A DNA stretch of 64,000 nucleotides. Origin: Chiloscyllium plagiosum. Its lineage: Eukaryota. Positions 13,740 to 26,510 of this stretch are shown here, piece after piece. Position 1 is the first letter of the stretch. Each line of letters begins with the position of its first letter. A program made the translations under genes and the position numbers. The notes under the pieces were generated by a model that made no database searches, was not told the DNA's origin, and worked only from the letters and a program-made list of their open reading frames with translations. The DNA lies in NCBI RefSeq assembly GCF_004010195.1, contig NC_057719.1, forward strand, positions 11,036,507 through 11,100,506. Direction: 5' to 3'.

Positions 13740-13767
13740 CTGAAGAAGGGCATGTGCCCGAAACGTC
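13740..13767 (+). ncRNA. Minimal hammerhead ribozyme motif
   Basis: CUGAAGA-A-GGGC-AUGU-GCCC-GAAA-CGUC. Core intact; native 5' arm of helix I replaced by flank. Confidence 0.6.
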
Positions 13768-13862
13768 GAATCTTCTGTTCCCTAGATGCTGCCTGACCTG
13801 CTGTGCTGTTCCAGCAATAAAGTTTCAGCTTTGATCTCCAGCGTCTGCAGACCTCACTTTCT
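13743..13862 (+). mobile_element. Short PLE 3'-terminal insertion with 17-bp flanking duplication
   Basis: CCATGAAACCATCACTG at 13726-13742 and 13863-13879; ends in CTGCAGACCTCACTTTCT. Confidence 0.85.
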
Positions 13863-16800
13863 CCATGAAACCATCACTGCCATAAAAACCCATCTGGTTC
13901 AGCAACCTGCCATTCTTACCTGGTCTGGCTTGCATGTGGTTCTCGTGACCCTCAGCAATGTGGTTGACTCTTAAGTGCCCTCTGAAATGGCCTAGTATAC
14001 CACTTAGTTCAGGGCTTGAGAAATAACTTTCCACTGACACCCACACCCCATTTAGTAATACATTTTTAAATTCCTTACAGGTTTTGCCAGCCTTGTCTAC
14101 AAGTCAGTCTATAAGTGTTTTCCGGAACCTTCCGGCACTTATTAGCAGTTAATTCCATTCTACCCACAATCAAATGGCTGAATCAGTTCTTTGCTGATTC
14201 CCCTGACAGTGCAATAAAAAAATACATAAAAGATAGGGCAGTGTCACAATACAGTGCCTTTACTTCCGTCTGATACAAGCAAGGTAAGAATGGTGATATG
14301 ACTTAAATAGAGTGAGTGGAGGGGGATGTGCAATTGCTGAGTGCTTCTCATGCTTTTATTGCATTTATTCTTATTGGTGGCAAATGATGTGAGCTTGGAA
14401 GGTACTGTCAAAGGAGCCTTGGTGAGTTGCTGCTGTGCATTTTGTAGATGATACACAGTGGAGGGAGTGCATATGTAAAGGTGCTGGTCAAGTGGGCTGT
14501 TTTGTCTTGAATTGTATTAAGCTTCCAAAGCATTATAGGAATTGTTGTTGTCGCCATAGTCTTACCAGACCATAGGGGCTGCTCACCCATTAGAGAGAGA
14601 AGCGACTGGCGTTGATTTAACCTGAGGGCCACTAGACCCCAGGTGAGGGAAGAGGTTCAGAAATAGAATCCTTCATGGTAACCTCAAACCAGTGATGGGA
14701 ATTGAACCCATGCTGTTGGTATCACACTGCTCTGTAAACCAACAATCCAGCCAACTGAGCTAAACCGATTCCCATGGGAATACTCATTTAGTCAAATAGG
14801 GAGCATGTTATCACACTCTTGACTTGTGCATTGTAGATGGTGGACAGGCTTTGGCAGGTCAGGAGGTGAATCACATGTTGTATAAATCCTAGCTTCAGAT
14901 GTCCTCTTGCAGCCACAACAGTTGCCTGGTTAGTCTAATTCAGTTTCTGGTATTGTCCCATACCTCACTACATCCAAGTAATGGTAGCAGCAACTACTCC
15001 ATAGTATATGAGCTATAGAAGGAAGCAAAACTAAGATAAAGAAACTGTATTTATACAACACTTTTCATGGTCTTGAGATGTCCCAAAGCATATTGCAGCC
15101 AATTATGTATTTGGAACTAAAGTCTTTAACGTGGGAAACAGACACAGCAACCACCTGCAAACCTCAATGCTTGTGAAGCATTGCAAAATATTTATCACTC
15201 AAATGGAGCTCTTAAGCGCAATCGGTCCATGCTGAGGTTTATATACATATGAACTTCTTCATCTATCCCCATCCACACACCTTTATATTCTTAACTCTAT
15301 CCTGAGTTGACCTAGGTTCTACCTAAATGCATCAATGTATGGGAGCTTTAACACTTGCTTGAGGGAACAGGCATATTTTATTCAAAAGACTGGTGCAAGG
15401 ACGGTCCATCACTCCCTATTATCACGTTACAGCATCCGCTAATATTTATACATGCTTAGGTCTCTGGAACGGACCAAAGGGTCTGTTTGCATGCTGTAAG
15501 ACTCTAAGTGAGGAGGAGTAAATGGAGGATCAGAAGTCTCTCTGTCCAAAATTCTCCTTAGTCTAAATAATTCCTGATGAAAAGAAATCCCCTCTTCTTC
15601 ACAGATACATAAGTCTTCACTGCACTCAACTTCAATAGATTCGAAGTGCTATAAAACTAATGACAAAAATTCTTGTTTTTGTTTTATTTCTTTGGTGAAT
15701 AATTGATCCTTCTCCTTCAGTCAGTCTCCAAAAACTGCAGAATTACCATTCCCAAAACAATATATCATTGAAGGATATAACAGAGTCTAGAATGGACCTG
15801 TCAAATTTTGCACATACTGACAGCAATGTCGATATAGTAGTGATTTGTACCAGTTACATGTTATCCCTTCAGGTAGTCGTGCTGATATCTTCTATAGCTA
15901 CTAGTTTAATATCATCCTATGTAGTGACTATAATTGTTGAATGGGCTATCCGTGCCATATAAAAAGAATCCTACTCATTTTAGATTTCAGTGTTGAACAC
16001 ATTACAAAGCCACTCTTTGTTTTAGACAAAGGTTAACCTAATCTTTTTGTCCTCACGGAGTATAGGAAATAGCTGGCCAGCTTTTCTAATACACTGCATT
16101 CTATCCCATAGGAGTATAAAGGACTATGTACATCTGCAAAGTGAAGTCTATGTTCCATTTCTTATTCATAAGGGGCAGGTAAGAAAGATGGGATGTTGAT
16201 TCCTACTAAATGGAACTCATAAATCACTTTAAGCAAGGATTTAGCATTAAGACCATGCAATACTCATGGCCAATACCAAATAAGTTACAGGTAACAGTGT
16301 ATAATAATTCATTGACTCTGCAGTTTATAGTTACTGGCAACAAAATGGCTGTTCTCAGGACACAAACTTTAATTGTAAGAGGCAATCAAAGAAATGGAAG
16401 ATGCTATCATATTCTCTGGAATAGCTGAGGATCGACAGTGAATGGATTACTATGAAGCGCAGTGTAGCAGATCCCGCCAACACCGGAGAGGTGAGAGGTC
16501 AATTAATCAATTTTGGGCAATATTGATTGAAGGAGGGTTCTCAGTCAGGACTCTGGGTAAACCCAATGCTATGTGTCATGTATTCTTCATCTAAATCACT
16601 GCAATGGGCAGTGGCCAAAGCAGCACTCCATCAGCATTGAAAAATTAACAAAAATCATGCGTTTGAAAAGGAAGCAATCGTGACTTTCAGAAAGTCATAG
16701 CTTTCAAAATTCCTCTGAAAACTAGTGCTTCTGTACAGAGTATAATGTAAGGCAGGACATGGAAATAAATTGCAATTGAAGAAGCTTTCAGAATGACTGT

Positions 16801-17094
16801 ATTTTTGTTGCAATCACACAGCTTTCAAATTTTCAGGACTGAAATAGCATTATTTACTGTCAGAGTATCACTGTCTGGCCAGTATTTGATGCCCAGTTGC
16901 CCAGAGGACCATTAAAAGTCAACAACATTGTTGGAGTCACATCTTGACCAGATAAGCTAACAGTGGCAGTATCCTTCTCTAAAGTACATTAGTGAACCAG
17001 AAAGAATTTTCACAACAATGGTTTCGCGGTTATCATTAGACAATTCCAGATTTTTAAGATTGAATTGAAGTTCCACCACCTGGATTTGAACCCA

Positions 17095-17234
17095 TATTAG
17101 AAGAAACTGAGGACTGCAGATGCTGGAGATCAGAGTTGAAAAGTGTGGCGAAGGGCTCATGCCCAAAACGTGGAGTCTCCTGCTCCTCGATGCTGCCTGA
17201 CCTGCTGTGCTTTTCCAGCGCCACACTTTTCGAC
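17095..17234. mobile_element. PLE terminus with inversion, inserted in a SINE
   Basis: Inverted tail-bearing arm plus a direct arm; flanking duplication TTTGAACCCA at 17085 and 17235. Confidence 0.75.
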
Positions 17235-18411
17235 TTTGAACCCAGGTTCCCAGAACATTATCTGAGTCTGCGGGTTTAAATACTTTAGTGATAATACTAC
17301 TAGGCTATCACATCCCCCAACTAGGCCAGTGTCTTCCTGACATATTGGCACTGATAGTTACCGGGTTGTGCATCTAGGATGGGGTGGTATTTTAATGCCA
17401 GAATATCATTTAAATTTTTGCTGTATGTTTCCTATGGGTAGACTGAAAGGCTCTAACGTCTGCAGTATATGGAAGAAGCTGTAGGGTAAGTTGGAGTCAG
17501 CAAGACTTGAGGCAGGGGCCATTTGGTCTCAAAGACATGGTAGGGAGGGTCTGAGAATTACAGAGATTAAAGGTTAGAGCTTTTCATTGGGGACAGGGAG
17601 CAGAGAGATTATGGCGGTGCGATAGGAATATAGAAGCATCGGGAAATTGAAGAAACAGGTACGTTTGTTCACACAAAGGGAGAAAAGATCTTCTACTGTA
17701 TTAACTAGCTCTGAAGCAGGATCACTGGACTCAAAACATTAATGCTGCTTTCTCTCCACAGATCTTGCCAGAACTGCTGAGGACCTCCAGCAATTTCTGT
17801 TTTTGTTTCTGATCTTTGGCTCTTTGTGTTATATCACTGATATAAATGCAATAATACTGTCATCAGTGACAGGATCAGATAAAGAATAGGTTTACTCCTG
17901 ACTAGCATCCCTCCCTGGATAATGCTCCTGAAGTACTTCTCAGTTTCCCCTAATCCTACAGTCCACCATCACGGCGTTTGAACGTTCATGATGACACCTT
18001 TCATCACTTGCTCTTTCTCCAACCTCCCTCTGAGTGAGCTGATGAAATTAAGTACAGCTATTCAGAGGTTTGCTTCTTCTGCAGCTGACCTGTCTGCAGG
18101 GAAGTATATTGAAACTCTGAACAACTGTCAGATGCTGAAGGTGAGTGTCAGAGAGACAGATCACGCCTCGACATCTGTAGCATCTCAATCTGGGTCTCAA
18201 AAGTGAAAGGCCATTGCCCCAGAACAGATGCTGAACAGATGCCAACAACCTTACTATGGTCAAAGAGGAATAAATAGACCAAATGATGAAAACAGAGTGA
18301 ATTTTCTCAAAAGAGTGTGCTGTGATGCATCAAGTCACTCAGCAGCAAAGCAAACCTGGCCAATATTTATTGCTTACCCACCATCACTGAAAACAGACTA
18401 CCTTATCAGAT

Positions 18412-18617
18412 AGGAGAAAGTGAGGACGGCAGATGCTGGAGATCAGAGTCGAGAGTGTGGTGCTGGAAAAGTACAGCAGGTCAGGCAGCATCGGAGGAGC
18501 AGGAGAATCAACGTTTCAGGCAAAAGCCCTTCATCAGGACTCTTGCCCGAAATGTCGATTCTCCTGCTCCTCGGATGCTGCCTGACCTGCTGTGCTTTTC
18601 CAGCGCCACAGTCTCTC
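18412..18617. mobile_element. PLE terminus inverted pair
   Basis: The 18445-18520 arm is the reverse complement of 18545-18615. Confidence 0.85.
18510..18537 (-). ncRNA. Minimal hammerhead ribozyme motif, on the ADCK1 sense strand
   Basis: Minus strand AGAGUC-CUGAUGA-A-GGGC-UUUU-GCCU-GAAA-CGUU-GAUUCU; a 6-bp helix I is possible. Confidence 0.65.
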
Positions 18618-19889
18618 CCTTATTCGTTAACTCATTTCACTGTGGAAGCTTGCTGCACACAGGTCGGGTGCCACGTTCCCTGCTGCTTTATTACAGCGAT
18701 TGCACTTCAAAAGCAGACATTAACCACCCTGAGACAGTGAAAGGCACAACATATATGCATGTTATTTTTATACAAGAATTTAGCCATTACTCCAAGGACT
18801 GATATGTTCTCTGAGCTTTAATTGGTGGTGTATCTTTAAGAATAACATTGTTGCATTGCTGAGTGAATGCAAAATAGGCACAAGTTAAAATTAATGTTTT
18901 AATTCCAGAAGGTATTTACACAGCTGCAATCTGAGATACCCTCTGCCCATTCCTCCCCGAAATGGCTTGCTCAAAGTACCGTGCAGTTACAACATTTCCA
19001 GTCTTTCTTGGTTAATTCAGTACTTTGCCTCAGATAAAATAAAAATGCTGGAGCCTTGGAAAAATAAACATGCAAAGCTCCACTGATGGGTGCCCAAATG
19101 AAACCTTAACCTGCCTTTCCATTTCTTGGTCGCTGTCAACCCTCTCTTATATTCCCAATCTTTTTGTTAACCGTTTCTGGACTTACCCGAGAAAATGAAA
19201 AGACGTTGTTAACTTTGAAGGAAGATATAAAGTTTTGTTCAACTTCACTAGCTGAGAATATTAGAGAAGCAAAAATCATTAGTCAAACGTTTGGGTTTGA
19301 ATTACTGAAGGGAACAAGAGTGAGTGAAACGTGCATTAAACAGGAGGCAGCATGCACTTTGAAAATCTACCATGGAATGATTAAATGTCAGGACAGTCAA
19401 ACAGTGAGGCTAATCTCTGCAGATTAATATGTGTCTATAAAAGGTTTAATGATACTGCTTAAAAATCTGTCTTAAACAAAGTCAATAGTCTCTACGGGTA
19501 CATCACTAAACTAAGATGCATAGCGACGCGTTGTGAGTATTTTGCGACTGAATACTTAGCAGGCATAAAAAAAATTCTTGAAAAAAGTAATGAAGACTTC
19601 TATTGTACAGAAATGTTGGACAGAATCTTCCCAAATGCTGAATGATATGGCCATTGGTGAGAAAGTCAGGACAATCACATGGAACTGGCAGAAGCTTCCA
19701 GCCAGGCGTTGAGCAGCGAGACGAGATTCTCACTAGTGAGCATTGAGAGGCCTGTATACATGCACTACCATGAATTAATATCCTCAATATAAAGTTTTCA
19801 TGCCTCATTGAAATGCCATCCGGAAACTGAACTGGATTCACCACATACACACAGTGGTTACAAGAGCAGGTTAGAGACTGGGAATACTG

Positions 19890-20390
19890 CAAAGCTTGTC
19901 TACCATCTACAAGGCATAAGTCAGGAGTGGGATGGAGTACTCCCCACTTGCCTGGATGAGTGCAACAACATTCAAGAAACTTGACACCATCCACGACTAA
20001 ACAGTCCACTTGATTAGCACCACATCCACTCCATCTACCACTGATGCTTAGTAGCAGTAGTATGTACTAACTACAAGATACACTGCAGAAATTCACCAAA
20101 AATCCTCAGACAGCACCTTCCAAACTCACGACAACTTCCATCTAGAAGGAGAAGAGCACATTCCCCTCCAACTCACACACTGTCCCAAATTGGAAACAGA
20201 AAGCCATTCCTTCACTGTTGCTGGGTTAACCTCCTAGAATCTCATCCTCACAGGCATTGTGGGTCTACCTACCACAGAAGGATTGCAGCAGTTCAAGGTG
20301 GCAACACCACCATCTTCTCAAGGGCAACTAGGAACAGGCAATGAATGCTGACCCAGCCAGCAACACCCACATCCCATGAGAGAATATAAA
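19890..20390 (+). mobile_element. 3' end of an abundant L2/CR1-group LINE
   Basis: ACCATCTACAAGGCATAAGTCAGGAGTG...CACCACCATCTTCTCAAGGGCAACTAGG...CCCACATCCCATGA. The same tail recurs at ~465-740 (-), 14300-14940 (-), 55420-55710 (+), 60310-61048 (-) and 62004-62615 (+). Confidence 0.7.
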
Positions 20391-20484
20391 AGGTTCCTAC
20401 TCAGAAACTAGACTGTCACAATTCCAGACATGAAAAACACAGCCAATACCGTGGGGTCTCAGTTCTCTGCTTCATTCTCCACAT

Positions 20485-20608
20485 GGAGGAGAAAGTGAGG
20501 TCTGCAGATGCTGGAGATCAGAGCTGAAAATGTGTTGCTGGAAAAGCGCAGCAGGTCAGGCGGCATCCAGGGAACAGGAGAATCGACGTTTTCGGGCATA
20601 AGCCCTTT
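20485..20608 (-). mobile_element. Short PLE 3'-terminal insertion with 14-bp flanking duplication
   Basis: TTCATTCTCCACAT at 20471-20484 and 20609-20622; truncated just at hammerhead helix II. Confidence 0.85.
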
Positions 20609-20984
20609 TTCATTCTCCACATCTCAATCAGTCATGTCAAGGCATGCTCCATGGACAACGACCCACACATACGCCTAGGTTCCCATTGGCAAATCAGGTT
20701 GCCAATTGCCGTCTAATATGCCCAGGCAAATAAATCAAACCATGCAGGGTAGCTGTGGGTTGGCAGGGTTTAACTGGTTAAAGATGACACCAGCACCAGG
20801 AATCTTGGGAGGTCCCAGCAGCAGCGAGTACTTCTGCCTGAGGTGAAGACGATGAACGGGCTGCCATCAGAGGCATGGTACATAGGGCAATGAGGCGAGT
20901 TTGGGATCATGGAGAGAAATCCTCTGTAGAAAGCAGAATCACCAATCTGAACCATACCTAAGCCATGTACAAATTGGCAAACAA

Positions 20985-21315
20985 TAGAATTAGAATTAGA
21001 ATTCCTACAGTGTGGAAATGGGCCCTTCGGCCCAACAAGTCCACACCGACCCTCCAAAGAGTGACCCACCCAGACCCATTCCCCTATCCTATATTTACCC
21101 CTGACTAATAACCTACACTATGGGCATTTTAGCATGGCCAATACACCTAACCAGCACATCTTTCAATTGTGGAAGGATAATGGAGCACCTGTAGGAAATC
21201 CACGCAGACATGGGGAGAATGTGCAAACTCCACACAGACAGTCGCCCGAGGCTGAAATTGAACCCGGATTCCTAGTGCTGTGAGGCAGCAGTGCTAACCA
21301 CTGAGATCCCATGCC
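20985..21315 (-). mobile_element. HE1-type V-SINE with short tandem tail
   Basis: (TAGAAT)n tail, V-domain and tRNA head on the minus strand. Confidence 0.9.
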
Positions 21316-22624
21316 TCAATAACATAGATTAGAGAGGTAGATGTGTAGTTCAAAGATTGGTGTGGGAGAAATGGGTTCCAATTCATAGGGCACTGACTCC
21401 AGTAGGTTCCTTTGGAATTGGCTTCAGCTGAACCACGCTGGTTTCTGTGTTCTTGCAAATCATATAGATAGGGTTGTAGATAAGCCTTTAAGTTAATTTG
21501 TGACAGGAGAATTCAACTAATGAGAAGTTTAAAAAATCAAAAAGAAACAAGCAACTAGAGATGAAACATTATGAAAAAGTGAATACAAAGCAATAAATGA
21601 CAGAAAGGGGCAGAAGATATAAACAGAACAGTGCAACAAGATCACCAGAAAATAATTTATCTGGTTGTTGTTGCTGTTTGTCCACATAGTGGCTGCTATG
21701 TTTCTTACATTGCAACAGTGACTACATTTTAAAGGAAAAGAATAATTGCCTGTCAAGAATTATGGGAGACTTGAAGTTGCAAAATGTGCTATTCAAATAT
21801 ATGTCTCTTTTTTAAAAAATTTTAACATTGTCATAAGATCATTCCTAAACAATAAATTAACAAAGGTATAAACCTATTCATTTTTTAGAAAGCTGAAGTC
21901 TGTTCTTGAAGTACTCATTGATGGATATGGTCAATAATAACCTCAATATTTATTTGTGTAAAGCTAATGACAAATCCATAGAAAACAAAACGGTTGTCCA
22001 AAATTAAAACTGACAGCCATATTCGTGCACAATGTAAATTCTGTAAACAGTCAAAATGCTCTTAGGTCAATTTGTATGCTAAATGAATGGCATCTTAGGT
22101 GAAATCTATAAAAGTTGAGTGGATTAAATCCACCCCAGCTCCTACCTGCTCTTCCCGAAATAAAATTGTATTTGCAAAACAAAACTGGGAAGCTGTAGCA
22201 ACAGTTTCATAATCTGCCTTCTAAATTATACACACTTTGCATTAACCAAAGAAATTACTTTCTTAGATACCAGTTGGGGATGTCAAGTTGAATTCACATT
22301 GACGCACACTAACTGCACGTGGAATCTTGTTAGATGTACTTACAAATAAGGAAGTGTCTCCTTCACTAAAAGGATTGAAGGGAATTTATTATTCTAGTGC
22401 GGTACATCTAAATAATAAAAAAACATTTAGTCCTGCTTTGGCTGCTGGGCATATCCTTTCGTGTCATGCGACATGAGTCTCTTCCTTCTACTCAGTGAGT
22501 CCGATGGAAATTGAATAAAACAATTACTCATTCTTATACTGCACAATGTGGCACTGGGAGAGCAAGCTCAATCCCTGGTCAGTACATAGTTATTCCCCAT
22601 CCCTAGATTCTAACGCAAGTAGTA

Positions 22625-23920
22625 TCATCGAATCATACAGTACAGAAGAAACCCTTTGACCCATGGATCACCATGAATATACCACTACCAACACTAGTCC
22701 CACTTTCCAACTCTACATCCATAGCTTTGAATGTTATGACATTTCAAGAGCTTATTCAAGTACTTTTTAAAGGTTGTAAGGTTTCCTGCCTCAACTTCCC
22801 TCCCAGGCAGTATATTCCAGTACCCCATCCCACCACGCTTAGGGTGGAAAGGGTTCTCCTCAATCCCCACTAAACCTCCTGCCTCCCACTTTAAAATGAT
22901 GCCCCCTTGTTATTGATCCTCGACTAAAGGGAACAGCAGATTTCTATCTATCCTGTCCACGTCGTTTAGAATCATATACAACTCAGTCAAGTCCCCTTCA
23001 ATCTTCTCTGCTCCAAAGTAAATAACCCGAACTTATCCAGTCTCCCTTCACTGCTGAACTGCTCCATCCTGGAAACAGCCTGGTGGATCTCCTTCGCACC
23101 CTCTCCAGTACAATCACATCATTCACCTAGGGCAGGGACCAGAACTGCACACAGCTGTGGCCTAACCAAAGTTCTGTACAGCTCCAATATGACCTCCCTG
23201 CTCTTATAATCTATGGCACGACTGATAACAGCAATGTCTTGTTAACTTCTTAACAACTTTATAAACCTGTTCTACCTCCTTCAGGGATCTATGGACAAGC
23301 AGCCCAAGATCCTACTGTTCTTCAGAGCTTCCTTGCACTCTGCCATTCATTGAGCCCTCCCTTGTCTTGTTCCTTCTTCCAAAGTGCACCACCTTACATT
23401 TATCAGGGTTAAATTCCATCTGTCACTGATCTGGTAATCTAACTAATCCATTTATTTCTCCTTAAACCTAACACATTTATCCTCACTGTCATCCACAAAC
23501 TTATTTATCATCATTTCTCCACCACTCCATTTTCATCTATGTCATTTATGATTTTCAAACAGGAATCCTGGGAACACCACTGTACACCAGGCTCCATTAC
23601 ACAAACAGCCTTCTACCATCATACTCTGTCTCCTGTCAGAGCCAAATGTAATTCCAGCCTGCCAAGTCACCCTGGATCCTATGAGCTTTTACCTTCTTTA
23701 TCAGCTGCCATGTAGGACTCTGTCAAAGGCCTTGCTGAGATCGATATAACTACATCAACTTATCCTTATCCAAACACTTGGTCACCTTCTAAAAAATTCC
23801 ACCAGACTTATTAAGCATGACCTCCCTCTGACAAAGCCATGCTAACTAGCCCAGATCAAACCATGCCTCCCTAAATAGAGATTAACTTTCTCCTTCAGTA
23901 TTTTCTCCAATAGTCTCCCT
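22625..23920 (-). mobile_element. Degenerate CR1 LINE ORF2 3' half
   Basis: CR1 3' end at ~22630 and RT remnants (TGTCAAAGGCCTTGCTGA = FSKAFD on minus; ACAAAGCCATGCT = HGFV). Confidence 0.8.
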
Positions 23921-25245
23921 TGTCATGGTATTGTTGATTTGATATTGTTGAGTGACTTGCTGGATCATTTCAGAGAGCACTTAAGAGTCAAATGAGATAC
24001 TTTATCAGTCATATACAAGCCAGGCTGGGCAAGGAGAGCAGGCCTTCTTCCTTAAAGTGGCATTAATCAATGGGTTGGATGTTTACAGCTGTAACAACTT
24101 GTCAGTTCACTTTTAAATTCATTCATTCATTCACAAGATATGGGCAACACTAGGTAGGCCAACACGTATTACTGTCCCTTATTTACCCTTAGGGTGCTGC
24201 AAGCTGCCTTCTGAACTGCTGCAAGTGTACCCATCATACTGTTGGATGAGTATGTCCTCCTAAGTGGTAGAGGTTGCAGATTTGGAAGGTGTTGTCAAGA
24301 CAGTTACTGTAGAGCATCTTGTATGGTGCATGCTGAAGCCATATTGAGCGATGGTGCAGACAATGTATGTTTAAATGGTGAATGGAGTGGCCAATGAGAT
24401 TGCTTGGTTCTAGATTGTGCCTCTCCAATGTCAGCGAGCCTGCATTCATCCACGGCTGACAACCAATTTCAGAATGTCAGTCAGGCTCTCAATGTGGAAC
24501 ACATGCATGCATTGGAAAACACATATTAATATACAGGGCACCATTCTTAACACAACAAAGAAGTGATCGCCAATCTCTGGGTCATTTCTTGTGGTAATGT
24601 CTTCACCAATCAGAGTCAATCTGCCTGGTTTAAAATTTAAACATAACAAGGATGTTCACTGTCAGTCACCGAGTAACTGGTGCAGTCACCATGGCAAACC
24701 TCTACCAAGCAAAATCCAATTAAATGGCAACTCATCAGCACTCCCCTCTCATATGGTCTAAATGATAAGTCTGGTCAATTGTATTGTTAGGTGCAATGGG
24801 GAAAGCTTTCACAGAATGTGTAGTTTTTCAGCAATACTCAAGTTCAGTGTTGTTAACCCAGCAAAACTAAAGGATGGACAAAATAGCTCGAAGTTGAGAT
24901 GAGTGTAATTTGGCAAAGAACTTGGAGGAAATACTAAATTCCAAATGCCTAGTGCATTTGTCTTTCTAGCTGGTAGAGATGGCATATATGGGAATAGCTG
25001 TCAAGAGAGTTGTTGGAGACCATCTTGTGCATAATACACATTGTAGACATGTTGAGTGTACGTTTGAGCTGGTAAATGGATCGGCAAACAAGTACAGTGT
25101 TTTTTACTAGATTGTACTGATTGTCTTGAATGTTGTTGGGGCTGTACTGAACTAAACAAAAGGAGATACTGACTTTTGCTTCATTAATGTTGCAATGGCT
25201 TTAGAGCATGCTGCAGTACAGGTATATCCAACCTCTGATCTGCCA

Positions 25246-26510
25246 TAGAGTCATAGTCATAGAGTCACACAGATGTACAGCATGGAAACAGACCCTTGGT
25301 CCAACTCGTCCATGCCGACCAGATATCCCAACCCAATCTAGTCCCACCAGCCAGCTCCCGGCCCATATCCCACCAAACCCTTCCTATTCACATACCCATC
25401 CAAATGCCTTTTAAATGTTGCAATTGTACCAGCCTCCACCACTTCCTCTGGCAGCTCAATCCATACATGTACCACCCTCTGTGAGAAACAGTTGCCCCTT
25501 AGGTCTCTTTTATATCTTTCCCCCTCACCCTAAACCTACGCCCTCTTGTTCTAGACTTCCTCACCCCAGGGAAAAGACTTTGTCTATTTACACTAGCCAA
25601 GCCTCTCATGATTTTGTAGACCAATATAAGGTCACCCCTCAGCCTCCGACATTCCAGGGAAAACAGTCCCAGACTATTCAGCCTCTCCCTGTAGCTCAAA
25701 TCCTCCAACCCTGGTAACATCCTTGTAAATCCTTTCTGAACCCTTTCAAGTTTCACAACATCATTCCGATAGGAAGGAGACCAGAATTGCACGCAATTTT
25801 CCAACAGTGGCCGAACCAATGTCCCGTACAGCCACAACATGACCTCCCAACTCCTGTACTCAATACTCTGACCAATAAACGAAAGCATACCAAACACCGC
25901 CTTCACTATCCTATCTACCTGTGACTCCACTTTCAAGGAGCTATGAACCTGCACTCCAAGGTCTCTTTGTTCAGCAACAGTCCCAAGGACCTTACCATTA
26001 AGTGTATAAGTCCTGCTAAGATTTGCTTTCCCAAAATGCAGCACTTCGCATTTATCTGAATTAAACTCCATCTGCCACTTCTCAGCCCATTGGCCCATCT
26101 GGTCAAGATCCAATTGTAATCTAAGGTAACCCTCTTCGCTGTCCACTACATCTCCAATTTTGGTGTCATCTGCAAACTTACTAACTATACCTCTCATTCT
26201 CGCATCCAAATCATTTATATAAATGACAAAAAGTAGAGGACCCAGCACAGATCCTTGTGGCACTCCACTGGTAACATGCCTCCAGTCTAACAAACAACCC
26301 TCCACCGCCACCCTCTGTCTTCTACCTTTGAGCCAGTTCTGTATCCAAATGGCTAGCTCTGCCTGTATTCCGTGAGATCTAACCTTGCTAACCAGTCTCC
26401 CATGGGGAACCTTGTCGAACACCTTACTGATCCATATAGATCACATCTACTACTCTTCCCTCTGCAATCCTCTTAGTTATTTCTTTAAAAAACTCAATCA
26501 AGTTTGTGAG
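25246..26510 (-). mobile_element. Young 5'-truncated CR1 (HER1-like) LINE
   Basis: 307-aa uninterrupted ORF 25499..26422 with [13 protein letters not shown] and FADDTK RT motifs; (ATAGAGTC)n tail. Confidence 0.95.

Larger units (their letters stand above)
18130..18770 (+). mobile_element. Old Deu-domain-type SINE (SacSINE1/AmnSINE-like), interrupted by a PLE inverted pair
   Basis: 3' part AGCTTGCTG...TTACAGCGATTGCACTTCAAAAG...CCTGAGACAGTGAAAGGCAC resembles the DeuSINE tail as recalled. Similar tails at ~21660-21810 (+), 15040-15170 (-) and 63770-63990 (-). Confidence 0.5.

Noticed and set aside
25499..26422. 307-aa reverse transcriptase ORF as a host or novel RT gene
   Set aside because: It is a standard 5'-truncated CR1 ORF2 with a LINE tail.
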